From Rhynchobatus australiae (taxonomy: Eukaryota): a stretch of DNA of 64,000 bases. The notes under the pieces were generated by a model, which was not told the DNA's origin, ran no database searches, and was given only the letters and a program-made list of their open reading frames with translations. The position numbers were made by a program, and so were the translations under genes. Location: the NCBI GenBank assembly GCA_034780895.1, contig JAUZTB010000064.1, positions 118,914,536-118,978,535 of the forward strand, written 5' to 3'. Every line of letters begins with the position of its first letter. The first letter of the stretch is position 1. This document shows positions 24,727 to 37,647 of this stretch, piece after piece.

Positions 24727-27587
24727 AATGATAAAAATGGAGACACTTAGCTGGGGTGTGAAGTTATGGTTGGGAAAATCCAGAGCCATATCACTGCTAG
24801 AATATGCATTTCCAAACCTGCTGACTGCATGCTTTGTGTAGAAAGGGTTAATGACTGTAAGGATAGAATATTGTACAGTTTTGAAATGGAGACCACACTG
24901 TTTCACTATTTGATAATGAATTTNNNNNNNNNNAATTTCAAGGATGTTTTGTCTGGTGCTTGAACAACAAGGAAGAAAATTTCCAGGCTGAAAGACCCAG
25001 GTTCCTCAAGTGTTCCCTCATAAGTCACTCTCGTGACATGTGGAGTCAGCCTTATATCTGTTCTCTGTATTGCTTCATTTTTGTCCCTTGAGTCTCGGCA
25101 ATCAGAATTGGATGCATTATTCACAGAGCAGATGCTGTACTGTTTAGTCACCCTTCCTCTTGAGTTTTTTTTTACCCTTTTGCCTGGTTAGCTATAAACA
25201 TCTCACTTTAGTTTGGTCATCTACATCGATTGGAGAAGTTGAGTGCTAAATTGGCTAAGACCCACAGCTCTCTTTCAGCCACATACTTCGTAATTTCATT
25301 ACAATTAATGGAGTGTGCATGTTTTTATATCTCCACCTGTGTGTCACATTTTATATTTTTATGCAGTAAATTTCATGTGCCTTTTTCTGCCTCTTATTGT
25401 ACTGAGCTGCCTCCTCTACATCACACTGCTGCTCCAGTTTTAAAATTTAACCAATGTACTTTCTGATCCTGATTCCAGGTCAGTTATATAAGTAGTGGTC
25501 CCAATATCAGTGTCATTCCCTAGTACACTTCCAATTTTGCTAACAGTATTTTCTATCCTCCAGCCAATGTATTATTCACATTCAGAGTTCACCCCTAATG
25601 CCTAACACTTAGCCCAAAACTTGATGGAAGTGCACTGCCAGTCCCACACATCACAAGCTCCATACGGTTGCTGTTTTATAGTCTTGTGTCACTCCCAGAC
25701 AAATGTGGTGGGCTAGTACAAGTTTCACGTAAGAGTGGCTGAAACTTCAGCACACAACAAAGTCAAACTCTCAGCTCTGCCAGCTGTCAAAGCTATCAAG
25801 CTTTTGTTTTTGAATCCTTCGGAATATCCCTGGCATTTGAAAGCACTCACAAGCTAGTGAAAATCAAATAAACAGTTTACGAAATTGAATTATTAAAAAT
25901 AGAAAAATAAATTTTAATATGTTAGGAACATTAAAGGAAACACAAATATATGAAAAAAAATGTAATTTGCCTTATTTTTTTCCTGGCAGCCTTAAAAATT
26001 TCCATATGAATGAGCTCAGAGATCCTGTGCCAGGTCTAAACTGGCGCAGATTTGATGCATGTATTCTCCAGCAGGAGTGCAGATTTTTGCTCTGCCGGTG
26101 GATTCCATGTAGAGTACGTTGGTAGAACACAGTTAGAAATAACCAACAAGTTTGGAGTTCCAAACTTGCTGGCACTTGAAGGATGCAAATGCCAGCAGTT
26201 TGCCACAGAACAGCCATCAATTTCTCACGAGTTGCAGCCCTTTGAGTGAAATTATTGCCTTTAGGCAAGAATAAGATACGTACCCATGTCTTGAAGCTTT
26301 GAGTGTTCTGCAAATATTATAGTAGTTAGAATTTAAACAACACTCCCAGTCTTGTTTACTGTTCAGCATCAAATGCATGACAGATGGTGACAAAGATAGT
26401 TGTCAGTACTGATGCAGATCTGTACCTGTAGGAAAGGTTAGGAAAAGCATCATAGTTGCACTTCCAAAAGATTGCCCTTGATCACTGTCACTAAAGGCTA
26501 AAAGTAATGGTAGCCCACAGTCAAAAAGCAGCCACCGAGACTGGTCCAGAAACATGAGCAGCATCTCATGATTGCATGTGTCTGAGTTACTGTTATAATG
26601 GCATTCACTCCTCACATAATTGTTCCTTTAAAGAGACCAAGTGCTACTCACGCAAGAAGAAAGGGCGCTTACAAATCTAAACACAATGCAGCAGATAATA
26701 GCAATGTTTCTGAAGCAATATCAGCCCAGAGAGGGAAGTTCTCCCATAGGAAGCAACGAAGAGGGACTCTGTACAAANNNNNNNNNNNNNNNNNNNNNNN
26801 NNNNNNNNNNNNNNNNNNNNNNNNNNNNNNNNNNNNNNNNNNNNNNNNNNNNNNNNNNNNNNNNNNNNNNNNNNNNNNNNNNNNNNNNNNNNNNNNNNNN
26901 NNNNNNNNNNNNNACAGCAGGTTGTTCCATATGGGTAAGGGAACAAATGAGAAAAAGTTCAGTCAACTGACTTTTGCAAGGAGCACAGACAGTCTGCAAA
27001 TTTATTTAGGAGAAGTTTTGCAAGTATTAGGCTGTGCACAATATAATAAAACAGCCAGTATTTTACCTTACCAATAGTTGTAGCTGAGCATACTAGTCAT
27101 CCTGCTCGACTGGGCAAGGACTAGCACTGAGGCTTGACATTCAGAAGGATGTCTTCAAATTCCAGTCAGATACTCTAAAATTGCAATTTAGACACTGTTG
27201 TAAAGTAAGGTGACATCTTCACAGGAATCACCAGATAGATGGCATAAATATGAATTACGCCTGGTGCCAAACCAGTCTAGTGCAAACAAAGAATATTTCT
27301 TTCTTCCTTGAAGAGCCAAGCAGAAGAAGAGCTGGTGAAATCAGAAAGGTGTGGAGTTTTGGTGAAAGTAACTCATAACTAAGTAGTCATAACTAAGCTG
27401 AATAAACAAGTAGATTGCGTGGCATCTACAAAGTAACAAAATCAGACTGTCACCGATGAACAATATCCACTTCCAATGCACCAAGACCTGTTTTCACAGA
27501 TGGCAGGAGCTAGGTTTTCAGTTGAACCCAGATGAGGATAGTCAGAAATTCTTCATTATCCATACATATAAAGTTGTACCTAAAGAT

Positions 27588-27915
27588 GGAACAGTGATGC
27601 AGCGGTTAGCACTGCTGCCTCTCAGCTTCAGAGACTCAAGTTTAACCCTGACTTTGGGTGTTGTCTATGTTCTCCTTCTGACTGGGGTTTTCCCCTAGTG
27701 CTCTGGTTTCCTCTCATGTGCCAATGATGTGTTGTTGGGTGAGTATGTTAAATAGATCATGTGAGTTGCCCGTCATATAGTGGAATGGCAGGAGAACTTG
27801 CGGTGGGAGGAGTTGATGGGGTGCAAGAGGAGATATGAAATTCATGTAGGATTTATATGGATAGATGCTTGATGGTTAGCATAAAAGCAATAGGCTGAAG
27901 GGCCTTCTTGATGTA
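27588..27915 (+). mobile_element. HE1/V-SINE-like element with CR1-type tail
   Basis: acagtgatgcagcggttagcactgctgcctctcagc...gtgctctggtttcctc...ggctgaagggcct. Confidence 0.65.
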
Positions 27916-28519
27916 CACCAAGTTGCTGTACTGAGTCAAATCTCAGCAAAGTTCCTTCAGTCCACCATAGACAAAATTCTGCTGGGCATAGATAATGTCC
28001 GTGCAAGCAAGACCATCTCCTTATGGCTACGGCTAGTGCAGAGGATAATCTACACACCTCGGAGGAAGTCCTTAAGTACGTCTGCCATCACACTGTGAAA
28101 TTGGAACAATTTAAATGTACTTTTGTACTGCCTAAATGAGGGGTGATAATAGAGCAAAACCCCAAGAAAATCCAGTGAAAGAGTCAAAGTAACAGTACCG
28201 GACAGCACGTATGACACCAGTAAAGTGGTCCCAGTGTAAAACGCTATTTGATAGGCAATGGAAATAAGCGGAGAAATGTCTGTGTCCATGTTGATCACAT
28301 GGTCGCAGCAAGATAAAGATATATCCAGAGATACCAAGGAGTTACCCGATGACAAATTCATTCCAGCCTCAGTGATTGAGTAGCACATTGGGTGGTGTGG
28401 TTTATCACTAAGCATGAGGTGGACCACAATGACTTCTGAAGGCAAAAGCAATTCATTCACTCACAGGTACATTTACCAGCAAAGGTTCAATGGAATAGTC
28501 CCAAGAATGAAGAGCTATA

Positions 28520-28677
28520 GTTAGGTATTAGTACAGTTCCAGATGGAGCAGAAAATGCTTTGAACATGTTTAATTTGTGCTTTTTAAAACAATGAATTGT
28601 TAGGTATTAGTACAGTTCCAGATGGAGCAGAAAATGCTTTGAACAAGTTTAATTTGTGCTTTTTAAAACAATGAATT
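28520..28677. repeat. 79-bp tandem duplication
   Basis: 28520-28598 and 28599-28677 are identical except aacatg versus aacaag. Confidence 0.9.
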
Positions 28678-29780
28678 GTTTTGAGGAGGTAAGTAGCGAA
28701 CCTTACAATGATGAAGGAAGTCATCAATTGAAAATTGTAGCTGAGAATGAGGTGAGCAATTAAGAGAGATCTCTGAGCAGAAGTTATTAGATTATTGAAA
28801 GCATTCTTTCAGTAAGGGGATAAGGGAAGAGTCAATTAGACATTGGATTTGGAGTAAAATGTGGCAATGTTTAATGTTGACTAGTTTGCTGGATAGTTTG
28901 CAGAGGATTATGAATGCCAACCATAGGGTAGGTGTTTTTCAATAAAGAATAGGAGACTAAGGATGCTAGTCTTGGAAGGCAAATTCTAAGTATATATCGT
29001 CTGCTCCAAATCAAACTATGACAGGGTAACTTCAGTGACACAAGGAGGGGTAATGAATAAGTAGTATTTTCAAATATGAGGTTAATTCTTTGCAATGGTT
29101 TATCTGAGAACTTGATGAGGAAATCCACCATTTGCTGCATAACTAAAAGAACAGGAAAATCCCAGTTCAGTGTTGAAGTGGTTGATCTCAACAATGAGAT
29201 GTAATGGAGTGAAGACAAGTTAAGCTTGACCACACCTGAGAAGGACAGAAGAGGTGATGAGAGCCGAGAGTGCTCAGATGGAGAAACTGGCAAGAGAGCC
29301 CTTCTCCCAAAGATAATGCAGGAAATCAAGGGGTGGAAATTCCTTCTTAGTCGCATGTGTTAAATGCAGTATCTGTGCCATCTCTACTCATCTCCTGCTA
29401 GGAGCTGTGGCAGTTGGATTTGTGAGAGCCACTCTGGACATAAATCCCAGTCAGCTATATCTAAAACCTCCCAAGTTTGCACAAAAGGAAAGGCTTGACA
29501 AACATTCACAATGTTAAACTGTGTTGGTACTCATATTTTTAGCAGAATTCCCACTTAACCATGATACCAAGGAGCAATCAGACCAGTCAGTAGACCTTGA
29601 CATAAATCATTACTATCTAAACTTTAATGGAACTGATACTGTGAAATATGAGAAATACTTAATGCCATATCATTAATGTACAACAACAAAGTCTGATCAC
29701 AATCTGAATGAATATAATTTTAAAATGTTTTAACCCCATACAGTAAAAAAACAATGTTCTTTTATCTGTTTACACCACAG

Positions 29781-30751
29781 GCACAGCCCAGGAATTGGCG
29801 ACAGCAAGGAATCAAGCTCTCCAGAATGTGAGAAGTCCCAGAATGATGGCACAGAATCAGGGCATGATGCAGATGACACCGGTCCAGAATTCTGGTACGA
29901 TACCTGCCACCACTGGCCAGTCAGAGATTGGCATGGTACCCTACAATAATGCCCAGAGCAATCAACAAGGAATGTACAGTATGAGTCCAGGCATGAACCA
30001 AATTCTTCAGCATTCAAACCAAAGTAATGCGAACATGGCACGTAACGTTAGCCAGATGCAGAAACAGCCTGTTGCAGGACAAGGGGTTGGAATGGTAGCT
30101 GGTTATGGACAAAACTTACTTGGAAACCCTGTGTTGGCCCAACAGCAACAAGTGAAAGGACCGGTAGGGCAGCAGATGTCCAAGGCTCAAATTCAAAGAC
30201 TACAACTAATTGCAAGTTCTAGTTCTCCGGCTCAGAGTTGGCAGCAACATAGTTTACAGAACTTGCCCAACAGAACTCAGGCTAACAATGAGCTCAATCC
30301 ATTCAACAACAAATCAGCTTATCCAATGCAACCTGGTCAACCCAAGATGGCCAAGCAACATTTTTCCCAGGCAATGGGTCAGCCAGTTCTTGAGCCTGCT
30401 GGTGCAGTTGGAGGACAAATGATGCCTCATTTTGGAGGACAGCCAAGGACCAACCAGTCTAGACAAATAGTTATGTCTGGCATGACCCAGACAGTCCACA
30501 ATATGACTGGTTTTAACCAGGCCACAGGGCAACAGTTGGCAGGAGGCTGCTATGCACAGAGTAACCCAAGTCAAGGGTATCATACAAGAACCACAAGTCA
30601 GGACCTGTCCTTCAATTATGCCAGCCAATCAGGGGCTGGTTCCTTCTCTAATTTAACAGACAGTGTAGATCTGATGGACTCTCTAATCAAAAGTGGATCA
30701 ACAGAAGGCTGGATGCAAGAGTTTGACGAAATATTTGGTAGCCAGCAGTAG
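29781..30751 (+). CDS. MAML3: Mastermind-like 3, last coding exon (Q/M-rich region and C-terminal acidic domain)
   Basis: Acceptor tacaccacag|GC (phase 1). Reads (G)TAQELATARNQALQNVRSPRMMAQN...GQGVGMV...KGPVGQ...AQSWQQ...DLMDSLIKSGSTEGWMQEFDEIFGSQQ*, collinear with the MAML3 C-terminus. The convergent MGST2 neighbour matches human MAML3 synteny. Confidence 0.93.
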
Positions 30752-31320
30752 ATGAGTTTTCAATTATAAAAAAAGCTGTTAAATTACGGCTTCCTCTAAA
30801 TAAAAGTGTTTAGGGACCAAGTAAAGTAGACCTAGTTTTGTAGTTGCACTGCTGTTGCATTACGGTGCTGATGTACATGTAGACGTGATACAAACTGTAA
30901 TGGTTTCATGTAAATAGATTTTTTATAAGTCCAAATATAAGGCTTACCATTGGGTCTACTTCCTGTAAAGAATGGCTCTTTGTTTAACAAAATATTGAAG
31001 TATTTTTATTTCATTTTACAGTTTTCAATTCATCAACAAAGCAATGATATTGCACCAGACAATATCTTACTAATTATTTGTACTGTAAACTCTAAACAGA
31101 TGTGTTCATTGGATACAATTTTTTTCTAGATTTCATTTTTACTCTGTACCTTAAGCAGTGCTTGGAACCTGAGCTCCATTCTTTTTAAACCTGTACAGAA
31201 TCCTCTACTGTGTAAAAGTGTGATGTTGAATAATTTTTTTTTGGAGTGGGGGTTGGTTGGGGGTGGAAAATGTTATGTCAATGAATCATGAGATCTTATT
31301 AAAAAAGAATTTTAATGTGA
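30752..31320 (+). promoter_or_regulatory. Proximal MAML3 3'UTR with candidate polyA signals
   Basis: AT-rich and TGTA-rich. AATAAA 30799-30804, TTGCACT 30844-30850, TGTAAATA (Pumilio-type) 30909-30916, ATTAAA 31298-31303. The true 3' end is unknown. Confidence 0.5.
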
Positions 31321-31529
31321 CCCGTCACTAGTGGAGGTTTTGTTTCTCCCAGACAGATTTCAGGTGTACAATAATTCTGAAATTCAGGTGTATACGCTCT
31401 TCGCTGTGTAAGCAGGAACTTTCTTTATTGAGAGGATAAAAAAACATGGAGTTTTTAACAAAATGGGAAGTCTGCAGAATTATGGTTAGGTTTGTCAAAA
31501 TGCTCACTATTTTCATTGTTTATCCTTGC

Positions 31530-32710
31530 AAACAATGAGCCCACCTCCAACTTTGCTTTGTCCTCTGAAGTCTCTGAGCATATTCTCCCAAATCTATGCC
31601 CAAAATTCCCACAACCTCATACTTGAATTCCTTCAATTTGATTTTCACCCCTACCAGAGCAATGAAATGGCCTTGATGAAAATCACTTATCACAGTCTCT
31701 ATGTGACTGTGACTTTGGTAAACTATCCTTCCTCATCCTTGTTAACTTGCCTTCAATCTTTGGCATGGTCAACAGTACCATATATCTCCAGGAAGTCTTC
31801 CCCATTGTCCAGAAGGATGAACAGTTCTCACCAATCCTCTCTTATCTAAGTAGTTACGGTCAGAAAATCATCTCTCTTGCACCCAGGATCTAACCTATTT
31901 ATTATCTTCATGCTGCTCCTTAGCAATATTAATAATAAATACAACATAAAGTTCCATATGTGACATCCATATTTTTTCTCTACTGCCTGTAATTTGTCAC
32001 ATTGCTTGTTCAACATGCAGTAATGGTTAAGCAGAAAGATCTTCCAACTAAATATTGGGAAGACTGAAGCCACTGTCTTAGGTGAAGTTGGGGGCTCAAG
32101 AATGCTTCATGCTCCATTCTCCAGCCCCCAAATTTATCATGTCCCTGGAAGGTATAAGCGAATGAACCATTAGCAACATTAACGTCACATTTTTTCAACT
32201 TCAGATGAGTGTCTGACCACATAAACACTGCATCAGTGGGACTGCCAACTTTCTCCACCAGATCATCCCTCCTGACACTGCCTGTGTCTCATTTGCTACT
32301 GCAAACTTGTGGCCTCTATTCCAATGCTCTCCTGGCCATCTTCACACCATAAATCAGAGTGCATCCAAAACTTTGCTGCCTGTAACTTATAACACACCTT
32401 GGTCCTTCAACCCTCTACTCTTGACCTACATGGTTTCCTGGTCTGGCAATTACTCAGTTTTAAAGTTCTTATTGTTTATGAATCCTTGCATGGCTTCACC
32501 CCTTCATATCTCTGTGATCACCTCCACCTCTGGAAGCCTTTGGGATTTCTACACTTGTCTTATTTTGGCTTCTTGCACATCACCATCTTAATCGCTCTAT
32601 CAGTGGTGCAGTGCTGTCATCTGTGATTGCCCCAATCCATGGAAATTCACCCTCATACCTTTCACCTTTGTATCTCTTCTTTGTGATGCTCTTCAAACAT
32701 ACTCGTTTAA
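31530..32710 (+). mobile_element. Decayed L2 LINE
   Basis: LEFLQFDFHPYQSNEMALMKIT resembles the L2 RT motif FQSGFRPxHSTETALxKVT. An L2-type LHWLPV..FKVLI segment lies near 32420-32520. Confidence 0.6.
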
Positions 32711-32739
32711 TTAGGCCTAGGCGCAAACGTTCAAATACT

Positions 32740-32948
32740 ATAAGATATCTTTATTAGCCGCATGTACATTGAAACACACTGAAATGCATCTTTTGCGTAG
32801 AATGTTCTGTGGGCAGCCTGCAAGTGTCGCTACACTTCTGGCGCCAACATTGCATGCCCACAACTTTCTAACCTGTACATCTTTGGAACGTGGGAGGAAA
32901 CTGGCGCACGCGGAGGAAACCCACGCAGACACGGGGAGACGTACAAAT
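32740..32948 (-). mobile_element. V-domain SINE subfamily with taataaagatatctta tail
   Basis: Reverse complement matches the copies at 39890-40172 and 57545-57797. Confidence 0.8.
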
Positions 32949-33864
32949 ATAATACCCATTGTGAGATTTTCTGAAGCTTGGAATATTTTACTTTACTGAA
33001 GCTATAGAAATGCAAATTGTTGTAATGAATTTATGTGTATTTTTCTGCCAATTCCAATGTATTCAATTTTGATCACTAATTTATTTGGAATGTTCAGGTT
33101 TGATCTTTTTTATGCGCTGAAAAATATGCAACTGATTCTTCACAGATGTATTCAATGGCCACTTCTGGCATACACTAAAACTTTTGAAATGTACATTGTA
33201 ATATAAAAATTCATTTACAGCAGCAACATAGCTGAGGAATGCTGTTGCACACTGTTTCTCTACAGCACATTTTTTAATTAGTTACTTCCTGTTGTTACCT
33301 ATCCAGGTATCCTGTTCTATGTATTTCAGTACTTGCAGCTATGAAAATAGAAATTAGTTGGTACAAAGGCAATTCATTTCACCGGCCGTATTGGAATTGC
33401 ATCTCGCAGATAAGTGAATAAGAGTAATTTAATTTCTCTTGTCAGAAAAGAGGTGGCTGTAAAAATGAAGAGAGTTTTTGAAAAATTAGAAATTGGAGCA
33501 TTTTTATTGTGTTTGTGTTACAATTTATGACATGTTAGTGCTCCTGACATGCAGTGTGCTGGACTCGCCTTAACAGCAGCAACAAGTTAACAGAATCAAC
33601 AAGGTAGGTCACGAAGAAAATTCAGAGTAAGAGCAGCAGCTGTTTCTTTTGAATATACCTGTTGCCTGTGGAACACAGCCCTGCTGTGTGTATGTTCAGG
33701 AAAAGAAAGGAAACATTTAAATGAGAAAATTATTTTTCAAAAGGAAATAAGATTTTGCCAAACTAATCTAAGCTGCCATTAATGGTTAAAAAAATTGAAG
33801 TACGGTTAGAGTGTTCGGGTCAGTGAACTAAACAAGATTGCAAATAAAGGCAGGACTTCTTCAA

Positions 33865-34085
33865 TTAAAAATGTACAGCAGATTAGGCAGTGTCTGTGGA
33901 CAGGAAAAAATTGAGTAAGTATTACTAATGGAAAACCTTACAGTAGAACTGGGTAATTCTGACACAAGTGTGTTACTTGAAATTGTTGGATTTGCTATTG
34001 AGTTTCAAAGACTGCATTGTGCCCAGATGGAAGATGAGCTCCTCTGTTTCTCTGACCTGCTGTGTTTCCAGCATTTTTATTCTTG
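33865..34085 (-). mobile_element. Penelope-like element remnant (GIY-YIG C-terminus between repeat arms)
   Basis: Minus strand 33973-34041 reads ELIFHLGTMQSLKLNSKSNNFK*, resembling the PLE ending (LIFRLGTLQPxGLNxEFxNF). It is flanked by arms of the cagatgctgc/tgacctgctg family. Confidence 0.65.
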
Positions 34086-34724
34086 TTTTTAATGCAGGGC
34101 AAAGGCCTGACACAGGATCGTCACACCAGTTCAAAGTGCTCCTGCAGTTCGAGGTTCCGTTTCGGAGAGTTACCAGCTGGAGACCTGAATACAATGTATT
34201 CATTGTATAAAATCATGAAGGTGATGTCAGCCATACATAGCATGGCAACTGATGCTCTCAAATGGAGGGGAGAAGAAAAGCATAAACATTCCCCTAAATT
34301 CCACAATGGCTGCAATGGCAGAGGTGTGGTGGGTTACCTATAGAGGCCCTTTAGTGGAACTAATGCTGGATCCATCTAAGCTCCATGACATATAAGGTGT
34401 CCAAAGTCCAGAAAGGCAATGGAGAGCCCTTTGCTTTATTAAGCTGCTGTCAGGTGAAGGGAATTGTACAATGGCACTCAGTCTACCCTGGGATATCTGC
34501 TCAGTGTGCCATCATTTGGCCAAAGGTTAATTTAGCTCCTGACCTTGGTTTTAAAAAGGCCTCAGGAAAGACGGCTTCCAAAGGTCCATAAATCCATGAG
34601 AGGGCCAATTACTTTATGGTGCTCAAACGTTGCTTTGTTGCATTGTTGGACACTGGTTACTTGGAAAATAGGTATCTGCATGGAGTGGTGGAGCAAGCAG
34701 AAATATACAGAAGAATGAATGTTG

Positions 34725-35200
34725 AAATCAAAATCTGCAGATGCTGGAACTCCGAAAGTCNNNNNNNNNNNNNNNNNNNNNNNNNNNNNNNNNNNNNNNN
34801 NNNNNNNNNNNNNNNNNNNNNNNNNNNNNNNNNNNNNNNNNNNNNNNNNNNNNNNNNNNNNNNNNNNNNNNNNNNNNNNNNNNNNNNNNNNNNNNNNNNN
34901 NNNNNNNNNNNNNNNNNNNNNNNNNNNNNNNNNNNNNNNNNNNNNNNNNNNNNNNNNNNNNNNNNNNNNNNNNNNNNNNNNNNNNNNNNNNNNNNNNNNN
35001 NNNNNNNNNNNNNNNNNNNNNNNNNNNNNNNNNNNNNNNNNNNNNNNNNNNNNNNNNNNNNNNNNNNNNNNNNNNNNNNNNNNNNNNNNNNNNNNNNNNN
35101 NNNNNNNNNNNNNNNNNNNNNNNNNNNNNNNNNNNNNNNNNNNNNNAGATGCGGCCTGACCTGCTGAGTATTTCTAACATTTTCTGTTTCTATTCCAGAA
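34725..35200. mobile_element. Penelope-related element, inverted arms around a gap
   Basis: aaatctgcagatgctggaac before the gap and agatgcggcctgacctgctgagtatttc...ttccaga after it. Confidence 0.55.
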
Positions 35201-35889
35201 GAAGTAAAGTTGTCATGCAGGTTAATAAGGCCACAATAGACCAAGGGTTTATTTCTAGAAGAAAGGATTTGATGAATAGAGGTGCTAAATGTGCGACAAT
35301 CTTATTTAAACCACATTTGGAATACTATTTACAGTTTTGTTTGCAAGATTATAGAAAGGATATAGAGGTAACATCCAGCTGAGACACAATGGTCATTGGA
35401 GGAACAAAGGATACAACACTTCAAGACAACCTAGTCTGGAGGAATATTTTACAGCTACACTCCCCTACACTATCCCAGTTTTGGACAGTCCCTGAAGTAG
35501 TGCTCTCCAGCCTGTTCTATCGTTAAGGCCCACACTGTCCACATACTATATACTCATTGTATAAAGTCGTGAAAGTGATGTCAGTCACACACCACATGGC
35601 AAATGATGCTCCTCAACCTTCATACTTAAGCATATCATCTGCACAGAGGGCTGTGATTGATATACTTCATGAGCATATACAGTAAGTGGTTGAGTTGTCA
35701 ATCAAACACAGTTGTGAATCACATAAAATTGCTACACAATGCAGTGGAACTTCTTGCCAGAGTATTTTGTCAAATGCAGGAGCAAAATTAAAGGCCATTT
35801 CTATAAGGCAATTAGAGTGTACAATACTATGGGTTCCTAGCTTTCCAGTGATATAACAGGCAGTGTGTCCAGAGTAAGAAAAGAAACAT

Positions 35890-37220
35890 GTTACATTTGA
35901 CAATAATAAACCAAATTATCAAGGTACAGTGAAAAACTTTGTTTTGCATGTCATCCATACAGATCATTTCATCTCATCAGTGCATTGAGATAGTACAAGG
36001 GAAAAACAATAACAGAATGCAGAATAAAGTGTTACAGTTACAGAGAAAGTGCAGTGNNNNNNNNNNNNNNNNNNNNNNNNNNNNNNNNNNNNNNNNNNNN
36101 NNNNNNNNNNNNNNNNNNNNNNNNNNNNNNNNNNNNNNNNNNNNNNNNNNNNNNNNNNNNNNNNNNNNNNNNNNNNNNNNNNNNNNNNNNNNNNNNNNNN
36201 NNNNNNNNNNNNNNNNNNNNNNNNNNNNNNNNNNNNNNNNNNNNNNNNNNNNNNNNNNNNNNNNNNNNNNNNNNNNNNNNNNNNNNNNNNNNNNNNNNNN
36301 NNNNNNNNNNNNNNNNNNNNNNNNNNNNNNNNNNNNNNNNNNNNNNNNNNNNNNNNNNNNNNNNNNNNNNNNNNNNNNNNNNNNNNNNNNNNNNNNNNNN
36401 NNNNNNNNNNNNNNNNNNNNNNNNNNNNNNNNNNNNNNNNNNNNNNNNNNNNNNNNNNNNNNNNNNNNNNNNNNNNNNNNNNNNNNNNNNNNNNNNNNNN
36501 NNNNNNNNNNNNNNNNNNNNNNNNNNNNNNNNNNNNNNNNNNNNNNNNNNNNNNNNNNNNNNNNNNNNNNNNNNNNNNNNNNNNNNNNNNNNNNNNNNNN
36601 NNNNNNNNNNNNNNNNNNNNNNNNNNNNNNNNNNNNNNNNNNNNNNNNNNNNNNNNNNNNNNNNNNNNNNNNNNNNNNNNNNNNNNNNNNNNNNNNNNNN
36701 NNNNNNNNNNNNNNNNNNNNNNNNNNNNNNNNNNNNNNNNNNNNNNNNNNNNNNNNNNNNNNNNNNNNNNNNNNNNNNNNNNNNNNNNNNNNNNNNNNNN
36801 NNNNNNNNNNNNNNNNNNNNNNNNNNNNNNNNNNNNNNNNNNNNNNNNNNNNNNNNNNNNNNNNNNNNNNCTCTCAACCCTCTCGACCTCAGCACCATTG
36901 ATGTAAATAGGAGCATGTGTACCGTCCCCCTTCCTGAAGTCAATGACCAGCTCTTTTGTTTTGCTGACATTGAGGGAAAAATTGTCATGACACCATGCCA
37001 CTAGGCTCTCTATCTCTTTCCTGTACTCTACGTCATCGTTATTTGAGATTTGGCCCATTACGGTGGTGTCATCTGCAAACCTGTAGATGGAGTTGGCACA
37101 GAATCTGCCTACACAATCGTGATTGTACAGGGAGTAGAGTAGGGGGCTGAGGACACAGCCTTGTGGGCACTGATGTTGAGGCTAATCGTGGCGGAGGTGT
37201 TGCTGCCTATCCTCACTGAT
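35890..37220 (-). mobile_element. Rex1/Babar-like LINE (RT fragment to 3' tail, middle in gap)
   Basis: Minus strand reads QGCVLSPLLYSLY...FADDTTVMGQISNNDD..YRKEIESLVAWCHDN.SLNVSKTKELVIDFRK. Confidence 0.85.
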
Positions 37221-37647
37221 TACATGGAATTACATGGAGAACTGTAGAAGGTGCAGCAGGATTATATGAGATTCTGCTCAGACCACATACATCACATGGG
37301 GATGTCACGCTTATTTATAAGAATTATACTGCTTCCCCCTTTAAAAATAGAGACTGAAACTAGCAACATTTACAATATACAAATTTAAACTGTACTGGTG
37401 TCGCTTCAGTTAATCTTGCAGACTTAACAGTTGTTGATGCAGTGTCCATCTCTGGTTATCACTTCTTGAATCTCTTCAGCAATGTTCAATGGCAACTCTT
37501 CAACAACTGTAGGACTCACTTTGGGAGTGTATTAAGACACACAAACTTTTTCACTATCGAATTTCTTATGCTGAGATCAAGAGTTCTCTATCTCCAAACC
37601 TGTCTCCTAATCATAGCAGAGAGTTCCCGAAACTAAATACTTCCACA

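Noticed and set aside
29795-30751. 318-aa ORF as a standalone single-exon gene
   Set aside because: It starts at TTG 14 nt after a good splice acceptor and is the terminal exon of MAML3.
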